Origin: Chrysomallon squamiferum
Taxonomy: Eukaryota > Animalia > Mollusca
NCBI GenBank assembly: GCA_012295275.1
Contig: CM022665.1
Location: forward strand, 37,138,001-37,202,000
Reading direction: 5' to 3'
DNA length: 64,000 nucleotides
Part shown: one piece after another, positions 27,706 to 40,470 of the stretch
Layout of the letters: every line of letters begins with the position of its first letter
Numbering within the stretch: position 1 is the first letter of the stretch
The notes under the pieces: model-generated
Database searches by the model: none
Seen by the model: the letters and a program-made list of their open reading frames with translations, nothing else
Told to the model about the DNA's origin: nothing
Translations under genes and position numbers: made by a program

Positions 27706-28174
27706 TTCTAAAAACACATCTGCATACCAAACAATCTGCAGGCGTCACATTCAGTCTTATCTTGCAGTGGATCTCGGCTTTACCCAAACACTGAATTTAA
27801 TATCCTACCAACTGGGACTTTAATTGATATGGAGCATTAGGAACAATACATAATTAACATAGATGTAAACCTTTAGATTGTTTTTCACATGTATGTTTGT
27901 GACGGTATAAACCATCCATCATTATAAATTCTCTCAGAAATGTGGCCTTTGAACACGAATAAAAAGACAGATGTTGCTTTATAGCCCAGTAAAACGTCAA
28001 CACCTTATTCCACATTACGGACAAACAGCTCTTTGCTCTGTCCTTTGTAAGGTAAGAATCTCTTTGGCATCTACATTACAAACTGGATGTTCGTACTTAG
28101 ACGTTGGTTATTTTGTGGGGTATTTTTGTTTTGTTTTGTTACTGTTGTGTTGTTGTTGTTGTTTGTTGTTGTTG

Positions 28175-28219
<45 letters not shown>

Positions 28220-28594
28220 AATATAGAAATAACAGCGTGTAAGAGGAATTTAAATTTCACTAATGTAATAAACCGTTGATTAAACTTGAACATATACCAC
28301 ATCTGATCACACGCACTCATACGATGCATTGATATCGCATGACTACACCATAACTGTGTGTGTAGGTAGGTAGTAGGTAGGCAGGTATGTATGTATGTAG
28401 GTCTATATACATGCATGTATGTATCTATATGTATGTATGTGTGTATGTGTGTGTATGTCTTTGCATCGAAATACTTCTGATATTAATTACTGCATAACAG
28501 TATGACATAAACTAGATTATAAAAATGATTATGATGGTGATAATTATTATCATTACTATGATGATAACATGGGTGATGATAAAAATTTTTTAGA

Positions 28595-28634
<40 letters not shown>

Positions 28635-28744
28635 TCGCATACAGTCTAGAAAAACAAAAAAATAATAATAAAAAATAACGTCGATAACATATGTCAGATA
28701 TTATTAAAATTACTGATGATGCTGATTAATATTTTACTGTATTA

Positions 28745-29160
28745 TACTCGGTGTAGTTTTTTTTCTGTCGTTTGCTGTCTGTGTCGCGCACGTTTACTCC
28801 TCGCGCTGCCTAACTCTTCGTCTGTCACTCTGAGCGGCATACTTCATGTATGCATAATCTGCGGGTCACAGCAGAGAGGTAAGTCGTGCGGATTGGTCGA
28901 TCTCGTAAAATGGGAAACAACAAGCGATTCAACCAGGCCAATAACGCACAAGTAACTGGCAGTCGGAAGCCCGAGTGAAAAACGTCTCAATTCGCCGTTT
29001 TTATCAACAGCAAATTACCGGCCATCTTCAGTGGTACAAGGCAAAAGCTACGAAGAGACCGAGTCATTTCACCTGAGGGAATCCAAGCGCCAACGACGAC
29101 ATGTAGGCTTAATACTGAAACAGGGAAATGTAACGCGTATTCGTGTGGGAGTTAACATTA
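28745..29160 (+). promoter_or_regulatory. Putative CRIM1 proximal promoter / 5' UTR start (CpG-rich block)
   Basis: Markedly CpG/GC-richer than its flanks and 300-700 bp upstream of the ATG. CCAAT boxes occur in both orientations (GATTGG ~28891, GCCAAT ~28937). The TSS cannot be located from sequence alone. Confidence 0.5.
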
Positions 29161-29451
29161 TTTTTAACAGAGGTACACCAGTATATCAACATAAATCGTT
29201 ATTATTATTTATTATTATTATTTTTTTATCTTGTATTATTGTTATTATTATCAGTCGCAGCGAAAGAGTGAGAACTTAGAAAGAAGAAGAAGAAGAAGGT
29301 GATAAAACTGTACATTTTTTTTCTTTTTGTAACGGTGTAATGTCAAGTAAAGTTTACATTACATACTGTCCGTGTTTACAAGAGGAGTCTCATGCGTATC
29401 GACTTCTATAACAAGAGAAAGTGAATCCTTCTTCGATGACGGACTGACGGT

Positions 29452-29761
29452 ATGCCAGCTACCGTCTCGGGGGCGGTTCCACTCGGCACTCTATGTGTGA
29501 TGGTCACAGCCCTGGTTCTGCCCTCAGCTCTGGCCATTAATTGTGGGGTGTGCGACCCCGATAAATGCCTGAGCCCCAAAGAGTGCCGAAAGGGAACCAC
29601 TATAGATCTGTGTGGCTGTTGCTCCGTGTGTGCCAAGGAGGCTAACCAGAGCTGCGGAGGGAAGTACGGTTTACTAGGAAAATGTGGGGAAGGACTTGAA
29701 TGTTTCATCTCGCCTGCTATAGGCCAGCGGATTTCAGGACAGGAGGAAGGAATATGCAAAG
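29452..29761 (+). CDS. CRIM1: CRIM1-like protein, first coding exon: signal peptide + IGFBP N-terminal domain
   Basis: ATG at 29452. A hydrophobic leader (MPATVSGAVPLGTLCVMVTALVLPSALA) precedes INCGVCDPDKCLSPKECRKGTTIDLCGCCSVCAKEANQSCGGKYGLLGKCGEGLECFISPAIGQRISGQEEGICK. This has the IGFBP CGCCxxC motif and 12 Cys, and is colinear with the vertebrate CRIM1 N-terminus as I recall it (CGCCYTCA..ESCGG.FGIYGTC..GLRCVI.P...G.......GVC). The exon ends at the donor AAAG|GTAAGG (intron starts 29762), phase 1. Confidence 0.93.
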
Positions 29762-29790
29762 GTAAGGAATTATTACTGTTAATATTACAG

Positions 29791-29832
<42 letters not shown>

Positions 29833-31011
29833 ATTAATATTATTATTATTATTATTTGAAAAATATATAAAATTATGCTTGCGTTTTAATATATTTTTAT
29901 CTAGTTTTATTTTTAATTATATTATCAGATCTAATTTTGTATGCTGTATGCTTCATACGCAACAAGCAGCATGCGTGACTAAACTGTGATAACATTTGAT
30001 CACAGAAGTCGATACTGCGTTTCACTGTATTGGGTAGTCCTCGAAATTCAGTCGGAAGGGAAATCCTATATTTACACCGTTTGTATTTCCCCTTTTTTTT
30101 TTCTCTTCAACAAGTGGCTGAATGCACAGATGTCAATGAAATGTTTCATTAACGTGTTTGTCGATATTAGCGAGTGGAGGCAGTCAGACAAAAATGTATT
30201 TAAAAAAAAACAAAAAACGTAGCAGTACACCTGGCTGGCGAAGTTTGACAAACATAATGGCTTTAATGACAAAAACCAAAGATATTTCAGTTAATGCGAG
30301 AGTTGAAATTTTCCCAGACTGTAAATTGATTACCACGTTATGTACAGACTAGTGTATATTTAAACACAGATATTTTTTTCATTTACACCTATAAACGCTT
30401 GCTAACACACACGCACGCACACACGCACACGCACACTAATATAAATTATACCACTCATACTTACAGTAATTCAAAACCATACACAGTGCATTATCATTAA
30501 CATATTATAAACTTACACCCACGCAGAAGTAAATATACATACCAACACTTACAGACAGAAGAAGAAAGGGGAAAAAAAAGGGATTTTCTGAAAGCTGTGT
30601 ATAATATTATAATTTAAAAAAATAGGAAACACTGTTACGTAGATTCACACTGTTTATTTACAAAACGAATACGGAAATGGCACAGCGTTTAGTTCAAGCC
30701 TATCGAATCTGGCAAAGACTCCCTTCCCTCCCTGTATTGTTATTATTGTCTAATGTTTAGACGTAATCAGATTTGATAACGTCGAGTACAGGTAATAAAC
30801 GTTTCAAAACAGGCCAACGTTTACATTATACCTGAGTGACGGGACGAACTACGAAACTCGATCGCACAAGACATTGACATTTTATGACCGTTCGTAGCTT
30901 GGCTGGACTGTAATGTTGCAAAAACAGCGCGTAATCGGGTCAGACTCGGGAGAGTGGCAGTCAGCGATAACAATGTTTGCGAACTACATGCGTCTGATAA
31001 AGCAGGTTTGA

Positions 31012-31013
<2 letters not shown>

Positions 31014-31050
<37 letters not shown>
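31014..31050. repeat. (GT)n microsatellite
   Basis: Direct reading. Confidence 0.95.
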
Positions 31051-31053
<3 letters not shown>

Positions 31054-31405
31054 TATCAATGTGCGTGCAAGTGTTTGAGTGCAGCTTTACGTTTAGCGTA
31101 ATTTTTTATTTCTCGACATGAACGTTACAAAGTAATAAAAATCAGTGTCGCTGTGACTGCATTGTTGATACAAGTGCGTTTGCGTGTACTTACGTTGACA
31201 AGAAAACGTATTAGCTTTGCAACAAAATACGTTTCACTGAAAGTTTAATCAATTACTGTCATGACTGCTCCTCGTGTCTGAAATCCCGGGTCCTCCCTCA
31301 TATGCAGATAAAAATAGATAATTAAACAATGAAATTATTATGAAGTGTTGCCTACGCATTTAAGTTCTGATGAATCTAACTTTAGCTTAAAGTGAAGATT
31401 CTCTG

Positions 31406-31541
<136 letters not shown>

Positions 31542-33183
31542 GGGGTAGGTTAGATTATTTTACAGCCTCTTTGATTAACACTATGAACGCTGAGTGCATA
31601 AATATGTCAAGTGTAAATTTTAATGCGATAATGAAGCCAGTAAATCTCGAATGTCTGTTCAGAAGCTTATGTTCTGTTTCATTCATGGTATGACATGAGT
31701 AAACATATTAACATTACAGCTGGTCATCAGCCGACGGGTTGTATTTCAAACCATTGTCTTACACATGTTCTATCCGGGTTTGTTCGTGTGCATGTCAGTT
31801 GGTCTCTCGGAGCAGGTGTGCGACTGCCAAGTCGGCATCTCAGGTAAAACTTAACCCATGCAGATGTGTTGTAGTTAAGTACGCATATACTGCCTCGTTG
31901 TATGTTTGCGTGGGAGCGGTTGTCGTTGCTGGGTAAAATCTCATAGGTCGCGCATTACAAAACATGTGGACTCGATAGAGAGGGAGAAAGACCGCGAGGA
32001 AGGATGATATAAACAAAAACAAACGGTTGCGGGAAGCGAGACTATCAACAATAATAAAAACCTGATGCTGGATGCTAAATAGCCTCAAGTATGAAATAAA
32101 CGTGTTTCTAGATAAATAAACTAGTTAGTGTTAAATTTGACAATTTCATTCATTCTAAGGCAGAAGGTCTTAGACTTAGATGTACATGCACATGATATAT
32201 AACTACTTATCACTGAATGATCTATCTGCATGCCAACACAACTTGCGAACAGAAATTGTATTTAAGCATTTGGGAATGGATGAAAACTTTATTTAATGTT
32301 TCTGCTTTTTATCGGTGTAAACGTTAATACATTATTATAGGTAACATATTATCATACTAAAGTTTATTAATTAATATAGCCACTGAAAATTAAATAATGA
32401 ATATTTTGATAGTCATAAACTATTTTTTCATTTACTTATTTTCCTGCCTTTTTTCTTTCTTTTCCATTTTTTTTTTTTTTTTTAAATTCGAAGTGAACAT
32501 TGTTCATTAATGTCTTTCGTACTTTATCTCTTTTGCTCGCTGTCTTTTCTTCTCTGTCTGCTGTATATGTGTCTGTCTGTCTGTCTATTGTAACGCACTC
32601 TGTCATCCGACATTCCTGCTTGTTCAAGAATGAAAAATGTCGTTCGTTAAAACATGCACCAACAGCTTTTTTTTGTGAGACGTCAGACTGTTGTGTTTTT
32701 TCAGTATACGACTGAGACTTAGTGTTTAAAAACTGCCTGTTAATACACAGTGCTGGGCAAGACAAAAATAAATAAATAAATAAAAACGTGAATACATAAA
32801 AGGAACAAAATAACATTCTAGAACTTTTCACTGCCATGTATTTTATTCATGAAAGTTATAAGTTTATAATACTGTTCAGAAAAGAGGAGAGCGTACATAC
32901 CTAACTCACGCACGCACGCACGCACGCAAACACACTATTTCGGCAGCTACAGAAAGGCAGACAATGTTACACAGACAGACCGAGTCCGAAGTTTGACGTG
33001 ATGCGCATAATCAGTCGGTGAAATTCAGAGCAATACGGTTTTGACCTTTATCATAATTTATTCATATCTTTTATGTTTCACCGTTATCTACGTAACAACC
33101 ACAATGTTTCACTTTATATAAAACCTTTGGCATCAGATATAATCATCATTATTTATATCCTATTACGTGTATTCAATTGTGTC

Positions 33184-33222
33184 TGTCAGGGACGGACCCA
33201 CGACATTCAGAAAAGGGGGGTG
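33184..33222 (+). mobile_element. Terminal remnant of a CAGGGGCGGATCC-type non-autonomous DNA element (MITE-like)
   Basis: GTCAGGGACGGACCCACGACATTCAGAAAAGGGGGGTGGC. A similar sequence occurs inverted at 41544-41580, and CTGGATTTGCCCCTG at 41091-41105. Confidence 0.35.
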
Positions 33223-35869
33223 GCAGTTTGCATTATGGTACATTGAATTTCTGCATAATTTTCAAGATGAAATTAGTTTTATTATAAAGAAAAAGTATAT
33301 AAGCTGTTGATATGCGTACGGTTGTCTGTGTGTGTTTGTGTTTGCTGTTTGCTGTTTGCTGTTTGCTTTACTTGGTCCATATAAAAATATAAAATCCCTT
33401 CCAGTTTTGCTAACAAATTATCATCATCATCATCATCATCATTATTATAATTGTTATTATTATCACTATTATCATCGTTATTGTGGTTGTTGTTGTTGTT
33501 GTATGCATTTCAACATGCATGTAATTATATATTTACTATTCGTTAAAGCGGAATGATACAAAAATTGGCGGAAGAGATTAACGGAACAATCCGATTAACG
33601 TAGTTAATCTTTAAATAATTACACATGAAAACTCGCGAGCCGCGGTCCTATCATCGCCTAAGCATGCGGCCCCTTTAAGACTTGACTTTTTTATTGCTAT
33701 GATACACGCGTTCATTTCAGCAGAACTATTTATTACCATTTATGATGAATGATCGCACGAAAGAACTTAAGCTTCGCCTTCTGTCCTGTCTTTGTCCAGT
33801 CTTTCGTGGACCTAACATACAGTCGAGCGTCTCCTTAACTAGTTCCCCAATCATTTGTGGCTCGAACAATTACCATTTGCTGTCACAACCACCTTTCCTT
33901 GTTTACGGCTCGGTCTTGACACAGGGCTTGTAGTTTATTGGTTCTTATCAAAGAGATCGTGCACCGCTCTGTCCTTTTCATGGAGTTTGAGAGATTTAGT
34001 TTTGTCTATATTTTATAGTTTCACTCTCCGTTTTCAATTGCGATGGATATATTTAGAAGCTTATTTAGCGACGGTAAATGACCGTACAAATGGATTTTTT
34101 TTTTTTTTTTTTTTTTTTTTAGGGGACACGGCTTCATATACAGCGTACATTTACCATTAACCTTGAAGAAACGAAGGGATAGCGCAAACATGTTTTTGTT
34201 TGTGCGTGTATGCGTTCAATTATTTGCCCGATATATCGTTTGTTTTTCACGCTTTTAATCCCTGCATGTCAAGGTTGCACAAATCATGATATGTATTGTA
34301 GGTGTGAATGTTGGTATTTAATGTAATTGTAATGTGTATCCATGCATACGTTTGTTTGTATGTACATGTACTAAGTTGTATATGACTTCAGATCATCAGG
34401 TGTAGATTTGTTATACCATACTGATTTGAATATGCATTTTAAAGCCGTATTTTAATTTATAAATGTAAAGAATGTCGTCGTATATATCTCTATGTACATA
34501 CTCAGGTACATATTTCAATAAAAATATTCCATTGATTTTAATGCCTTAATAATAAAATTCAGCATTATCTTTAAATCCGGCCTTTGACTGTAATCATTCA
34601 CATATGTTTATATTTTCTTCACGTACGTATGGATCTTGTTAAAGTAATGCTTTCAAACGTGTTAAATTTAATTAGACGTTGACCATAACCGCAATTAAAT
34701 CAGAACGCAGCCTGTGACCATCCCGAGGCTAGCAACAGGTGACACGGGTCTGATTCTCACGTTCACTAAAGAGTCCGCCTTCTAGACCGCAGGTTTTTTG
34801 ACCACAAAACAACTGCCCATTAGTTCAGTCTTTTGAAAAGATTCAGGTAACAGTGATTCATAATATATGCTTGCAGGTACACACGTATGCACACACGCAA
34901 ACATTACAGTCAGTCACATATTGACATAGATGTGTGTGTGTGTGTTTTATGCGACCATAAAATACCATGTGCAAAATGAATAATACAAAAATAAAAATAA
35001 AAAGTTTTTCAAATTTATGTATTTTTAATATGCTGGCTGCATTAGATACTCTTTTTTTTTTCTTCTTCTTCTAAAAAAGAAACCTGTAATTTATATTTGC
35101 GCCCGGAGGCTATATGCACAAAGATATCACCTGCAGGATTACTATAAAAGGTGTGCAACGAGTGTGTAACGTAGGCAAATATTGATACATCGATAATAAT
35201 AATCATAAAAAAAAAGTTATTACGTTATGTTTGAAAAGAATGAACAGTGAAGGTGTACTTGTAAGAAAAGCGTTTTCTAAAAATATTTGTACTTAAAAGT
35301 TGTGAAATTCTCGGCATTTCATTTCTGTATGTTCACGAAGTAAAAGAGCCGGTGAACAGCAGTTAATGAACGGGTTTTGAATCACTCGAAACACCAACTA
35401 GTGAATAAGCATGTTTGATTTTCGAAAATAGCACCAATTATTTAAAAAATGACAACAGTATTAAATAAACGGAGGTTGGGGAAAGAAAAAAAGGAAGAAA
35501 AAACCGGTAAAATTTTAAGAATGTTGAAAATAATTTAATGTGATAATGTTTTGTGTCACTGGAGACGAATGCAATGCAACAGCATGAATGCTCGTGTTAT
35601 TAATATCTAATGAATGTGTTATTACCTGGAAAGCCTTTCACAGTTACGTTTGATAAGGTGAACAGTTAAAAGCATAAATATGTACGTGATGCAGTATTTT
35701 TATGTTACAATATTTTCTTTTAACTTTTTAATGTCGTTAACGGTGCTGCATAATAATTTTCGTCGTCATCATTATTATATTACCAGCTGATGTTTGAAAA
35801 CAAAATGCTCGTCAATAGTTGATTCTTCGTCTTCATCATTCAACTGATACTGCTAATTCTAATATAAAA

Positions 35870-36165
35870 CAACATCAACTACAACTACTACTACCACCAC
35901 CAACCTACCACTACAACCGCATCATCACCAATACCACCAGAACAATCACTTCCATCACTACCAGCACCAGAACAACCACCACTACTACTGCTACCACTAA
36001 TACCCTACTGCTATTACAGCCAGTGTTACTACTACTACTACGACTATTAGTACCACACTACAAACACCAGAACAACCAGTGAATATGGACATGCATTTAT
36101 TTCTATTATTACTACTACTCCTACTTCTGGTCCTCCTCCTTCTCTTCTTACTACTTCTAATTACA

Positions 36166-36218
<53 letters not shown>

Positions 36219-36280
36219 CTACTACTTCTACCAGCACTTCGGATATTACTTCTACTGTTTCTACTTCTACTGTTACTACG
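35870..36280. repeat. Compound trinucleotide tract (ACC/ACT), perfect (ACT)n at ~36166-36218
   Basis: Direct reading. Confidence 0.85.
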
Positions 36281-36752
36281 AAATAAAAGACTCGTTTTAA
36301 GATGTCCCCATGTCCACACTCTAACCACATAGCCACAGCGCGCATCACATAAAGAGAAAGTACAGTGCACTGGTTACAGGCGACTCGTGCAACTGAATCA
36401 TGAACAACAACCAAAAACGTGTTGTGATTAAAAAAAATCAAAACCTGAATGCACAGCCTTGCTGTACTGTCAATAGGTTTACCTCGTTATTGATGCAGGT
36501 GTTGAAAAATCTGCAGGTGTTAATATCAACAGAGTCCTTGTCAATCTTTGAATAAGAAATAAAAAATTAATACAGGAAACGCTTTTCAATTTTTTTATTT
36601 TTTTTTATTTTTTTATAAAGCAGAGAAGAAAGTAAACATGACGATTAGATTCAAACATGAAAAATCAAAATGACTTGCACATAATTTAAGAAATTTCATT
36701 TTTAAATACGTGATTATCCGTTTTCCATTTTAGAATTAAAAAAATAAAATAA

Positions 36753-36787
<35 letters not shown>

Positions 36788-37134
36788 AATAGGGCGTATC
36801 TGATTTTTTATTTGATTTTTCTCAAATTAAAGAAAATTAACATTAAACTTCTGCCTTAACTTTTCGCTGTATATTATTTTGGCTTAATGAATATTTATGA
36901 GGATTGTGTCACCTTATTTTGCTCCTTGATAATTTAACTGCTAAACGCTTTGCATTTATTTTACATTTATCACGGTACGTTATGTAAAAGGATGGGGTAT
37001 TTAGAATGGAAAAAAAGAAGAAAAAAAAGTAATAATGATAACACAAAATAAAAGATAATAATAATAATTGGAATAACCTAAAAAGTCAGTTAATGGTACT
37101 ATAATACTTTAATGTGGAAATTAATGCTTTTCAA

Positions 37135-37400
37135 CAGCTGATATTTTAAAGAATTGCACAGTTAATTTTAAAGCGTTAAATGCAAATTTCAAAGAGCTGA
37201 ATATCGATTAACATCACTGAATGCGAATTAGTAAAGAGCTGAAAGCGAATTATAAAGAACTAAATGCAGACTATTAGAGTTGAATGCGAATTAATAAAGA
37301 GCGAAGTTCGAATTATATAGAGCTGAATGCAAAATATGAAGAATTAAATGCGAATTAAAAATAACTTAAGTTCGAATTATAAGGAGCGGAATACGGAATA
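37135..37400. repeat. Decayed minisatellite, ~21-bp unit GAGCTGAATGCGAATTATAAA
   Basis: About 12 degenerate units. Confidence 0.8.
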
Positions 37401-40214
37401 GTTTGTCAATACCCTTGTCACAAATTCCTACAAACTATCTGTGGTAGAGTCATCGTTTTCTGACTGGTAACTAACCTAAATGTCATGAGTTCCCCACAGA
37501 AACTGTGTTAGCACTGCGTAGAAATATCTTGTTTAGAGTGTATTGTACCAAACCAGTACAAACAAGTATCGGTTGTAACACCACAAACAGCGTTTTAATC
37601 ACGTACTGCAAGATGACAGTCACTGAAAAATAAAACAATACAATCTGATTGAAAGACGAAAGTGAGAATCGATTTCTTAAAAAAAAAAAAAAAAAAATAA
37701 AAATAATATAAAATAATAATAATAAATAAAATAAAAGTGTCGATACCGCGTGTTTTGAGATTTTTTTTTTTAATCTATATTAAAAAAAAAATAGAAAAAA
37801 AAATAGAAAAAAAAAAGATGACTGACCTATTTGTTATCCTAATTCAAACTGTTGTTTTTGTTTTTACACAGAACTGTATTATTCTGCTACCATAGTTACA
37901 TCAGTGTAGTTTAGGATGGGTATAATAATTTCCAAAAAGATTTAGTAACTAGACAGGTAAACTGATAGGTAATGGAACTTGTTTCCTGGTTATCAGGAAA
38001 ATGAAAGTATTCTCTTGTCAGGATAGGTAACTATATGTAAACAAATTATGTTGCTGAGTTATTAATCCTACGGGTTTTTTAGTGACTGTAATAGAATATC
38101 TTTTAACAATTTGTCTTAGTTTGTCTTGAGTCTAAATCTGATAAATGTTTTCAATATTTTTGCAAAAGACTGTACTTTTCTTTTTGTTTTGTTCTCTGTC
38201 TATGCGTGCACGTGTGTGCGTATGTGTGTGTGTGTGGTAAGCTAAGCAACAGCATTTCAGTAAGGAAGAATATCTAAGTAAAATCTGCATCTAACTGCAA
38301 CTATTTGTTTATTACTGCATTAAGAATCCCAGCTATTTTGTACCGTCGTGAATCGTGTAAGAAATCTATGTTATTAGTCGGTGAATTTGGAAAACATCAC
38401 TGGCAGAAAAATAACAAGAAGAAAATAAGAAAAACGTGTATCTTTCTCTTTCGCTATAGTCTATAATCAGTAAAGGTGTGAACACAGCTTGTCTAGACAG
38501 CAAATTGCAATAACCCTCTATCTGCTATCTAGCAGCCACGATTAACTAAAGGTGCAGACATTCCTCACGTTTTATTCTACTGCCTGCGGTTAACAATGTT
38601 TTATTCTAACACAGATTAACACAGATAATAAAACTGTACGTCATTCTGTCCTCGGGCTCAATCGCTGAACGGCGTTTATTAATTTACTGTATAATATTTA
38701 TTTTGATTAATGAGCAAGATCACGGGGAGACATAAATGTTTTAGAGTACGTCGTTTCGAGAAATCCTCTCGTAAATGTAATAATGGTACTTATTGTCTGT
38801 CAGCTTTTTAAAGCAGCACTATCGTGGATTTATTTGAGTTGTTTACGTTCTTCTAAATAGCTTCCTTAACATATTTCTAGATTTCATCAGTTACTTGCAG
38901 CTAAATGCTTTTTTTCTATAAACTGAAAATAATGCAGACAGCAAATGGCGTACATAACTTTATCCAGTGCCGTAATTCAGCAGACGGCTAATAACTTCAT
39001 GTTGTGAATTTCAAATAGTTGTGTACATTTTCTAAATATGTAACAAACTTCAAGATGATGCAATACTGAAAGCGAAAGAAGTCTTTTCTTTTGATAAAGA
39101 ATTCATTTTATTACAATTTCATGAAGTTAAAAAAGATCGTCTTTTTAAAAAAATTTTATTCTTCATTTCTTTGATTTTTCTCCTCATTTCCCACACAAAT
39201 AACTAAAATATTCAGTCTAGTATACGTATGTATATCGGCTATTGAAATCTTTTGTAAATCCGTCCCTTACACGAAGAGGCACGGATTTATGACCATTCTT
39301 TTCTAATTGCCGGATTTTCTCAAAAGCATAAATCTTTTACACCTGAGTTGCACCCACATGCACAATGAAGATTACCGGGTGTGCGACAAAGCATGTTAGC
39401 CATGCAAAGAGAAAGATCAATGCGCCGAGTATCTGGGACAGGGAATCTGGTGTGTTGACATACTGGAGGGTTAGATCATCTGTGTTTGTACATGGAAATA
39501 ACGTTTCCGCCTTCCGTTCCTAGTTTATCCGGAGCAAGGACGCGTCACTCTTCTTTCTTGCTTCCGTGCACATTTTACATCAAATAAGAAAACAAGATGT
39601 GTTTTTCTTTCCATTTTAAAAAAAGTCCAAAAAAAAAAAGACAAAAAAAAAAAAAGAACAGGAGACAAAAAAAAAAAGATGAGGGGAAAAGAAAGACGGG
39701 AAGCACTTTGCTGCATATTTATTTTTGGTTGGTGTGTTAAAACACAAAGTTGTGCTGTTATATTGTGTCTAAAAGGAAGCGAATGTTTAACTGTTTTAAA
39801 CTTCAATTAATACACGTTTTTCCAAAATAAAAAATATCTAGAGAAAAACAAAACTGACAGAAAAGTGTGAAGAACCAAAATCTTCAAAATTCGAATTCCA
39901 GACTTTACAACAGGTGTAACTTAGATAAATCTGTTGTTCTTATCACTAAATGATGTGATCATAATGCGTTTCTACAATGTCACTAATATAAACATCTTTA
40001 AACCTGCTTACGCTGAAACACGTATATCATAAGCACAATCCATAATAATACCAGCTGCAATTTATCATAGTCGATCCAACAATATTTAAAAATAATAAAC
40101 CCACAACTTTAAGAAGTACTGTATTTATTACTGACGTTTTTTTGTTGTTGTTTTTTTTTAAATTTCATTTTTGGTTTTTTTAACCATGATCAGAATATTT
40201 CCTTTGAACAAGAA

Positions 40215-40470
40215 GAATACCTTCAAGAACGATCGAATCGTTCATGGTGCCCTTATTATGATAATTACCGCTCCAACCAGTACGACTGATTACTTAAATG
40301 CCCTGATACATACTGTTCTTTTTATGGCAAGGCGTACATACAAAATCCCATGCTGTTAAAAGAAAACGTGAAGCCATTAATATATCAGCAACGGGTTTCC
40401 TCTCTTATCTGCATGGCATTTACTCGTGGTATATATGACCCGTAAAGAATATTAAAAATGAATTATTAAG
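40215..40470 (+). mobile_element. Degenerate SINE copy (same family)
   Basis: GATCGAATCGTTCATGGTG..CTCCAACCAGTACGACTG..CATACAAAATCCCATGCTGTTAA..CAACGGGTTTCCTCTC..ATATGACCCGTAAA, colinear with the 63.4-kb copy. Confidence 0.55.

Noticed and set aside
29406-29759. 117-aa antisense ORF over CRIM1 exon 1
   Set aside because: Shadow ORF of a GC-richer coding exon, with no independent evidence.
38840-38900. Minus-strand CTGATGA-AATCTA-GAAA resembling a hammerhead ribozyme core
   Set aside because: Stems I-III cannot be formed and there is no properly placed cleavage triplet.
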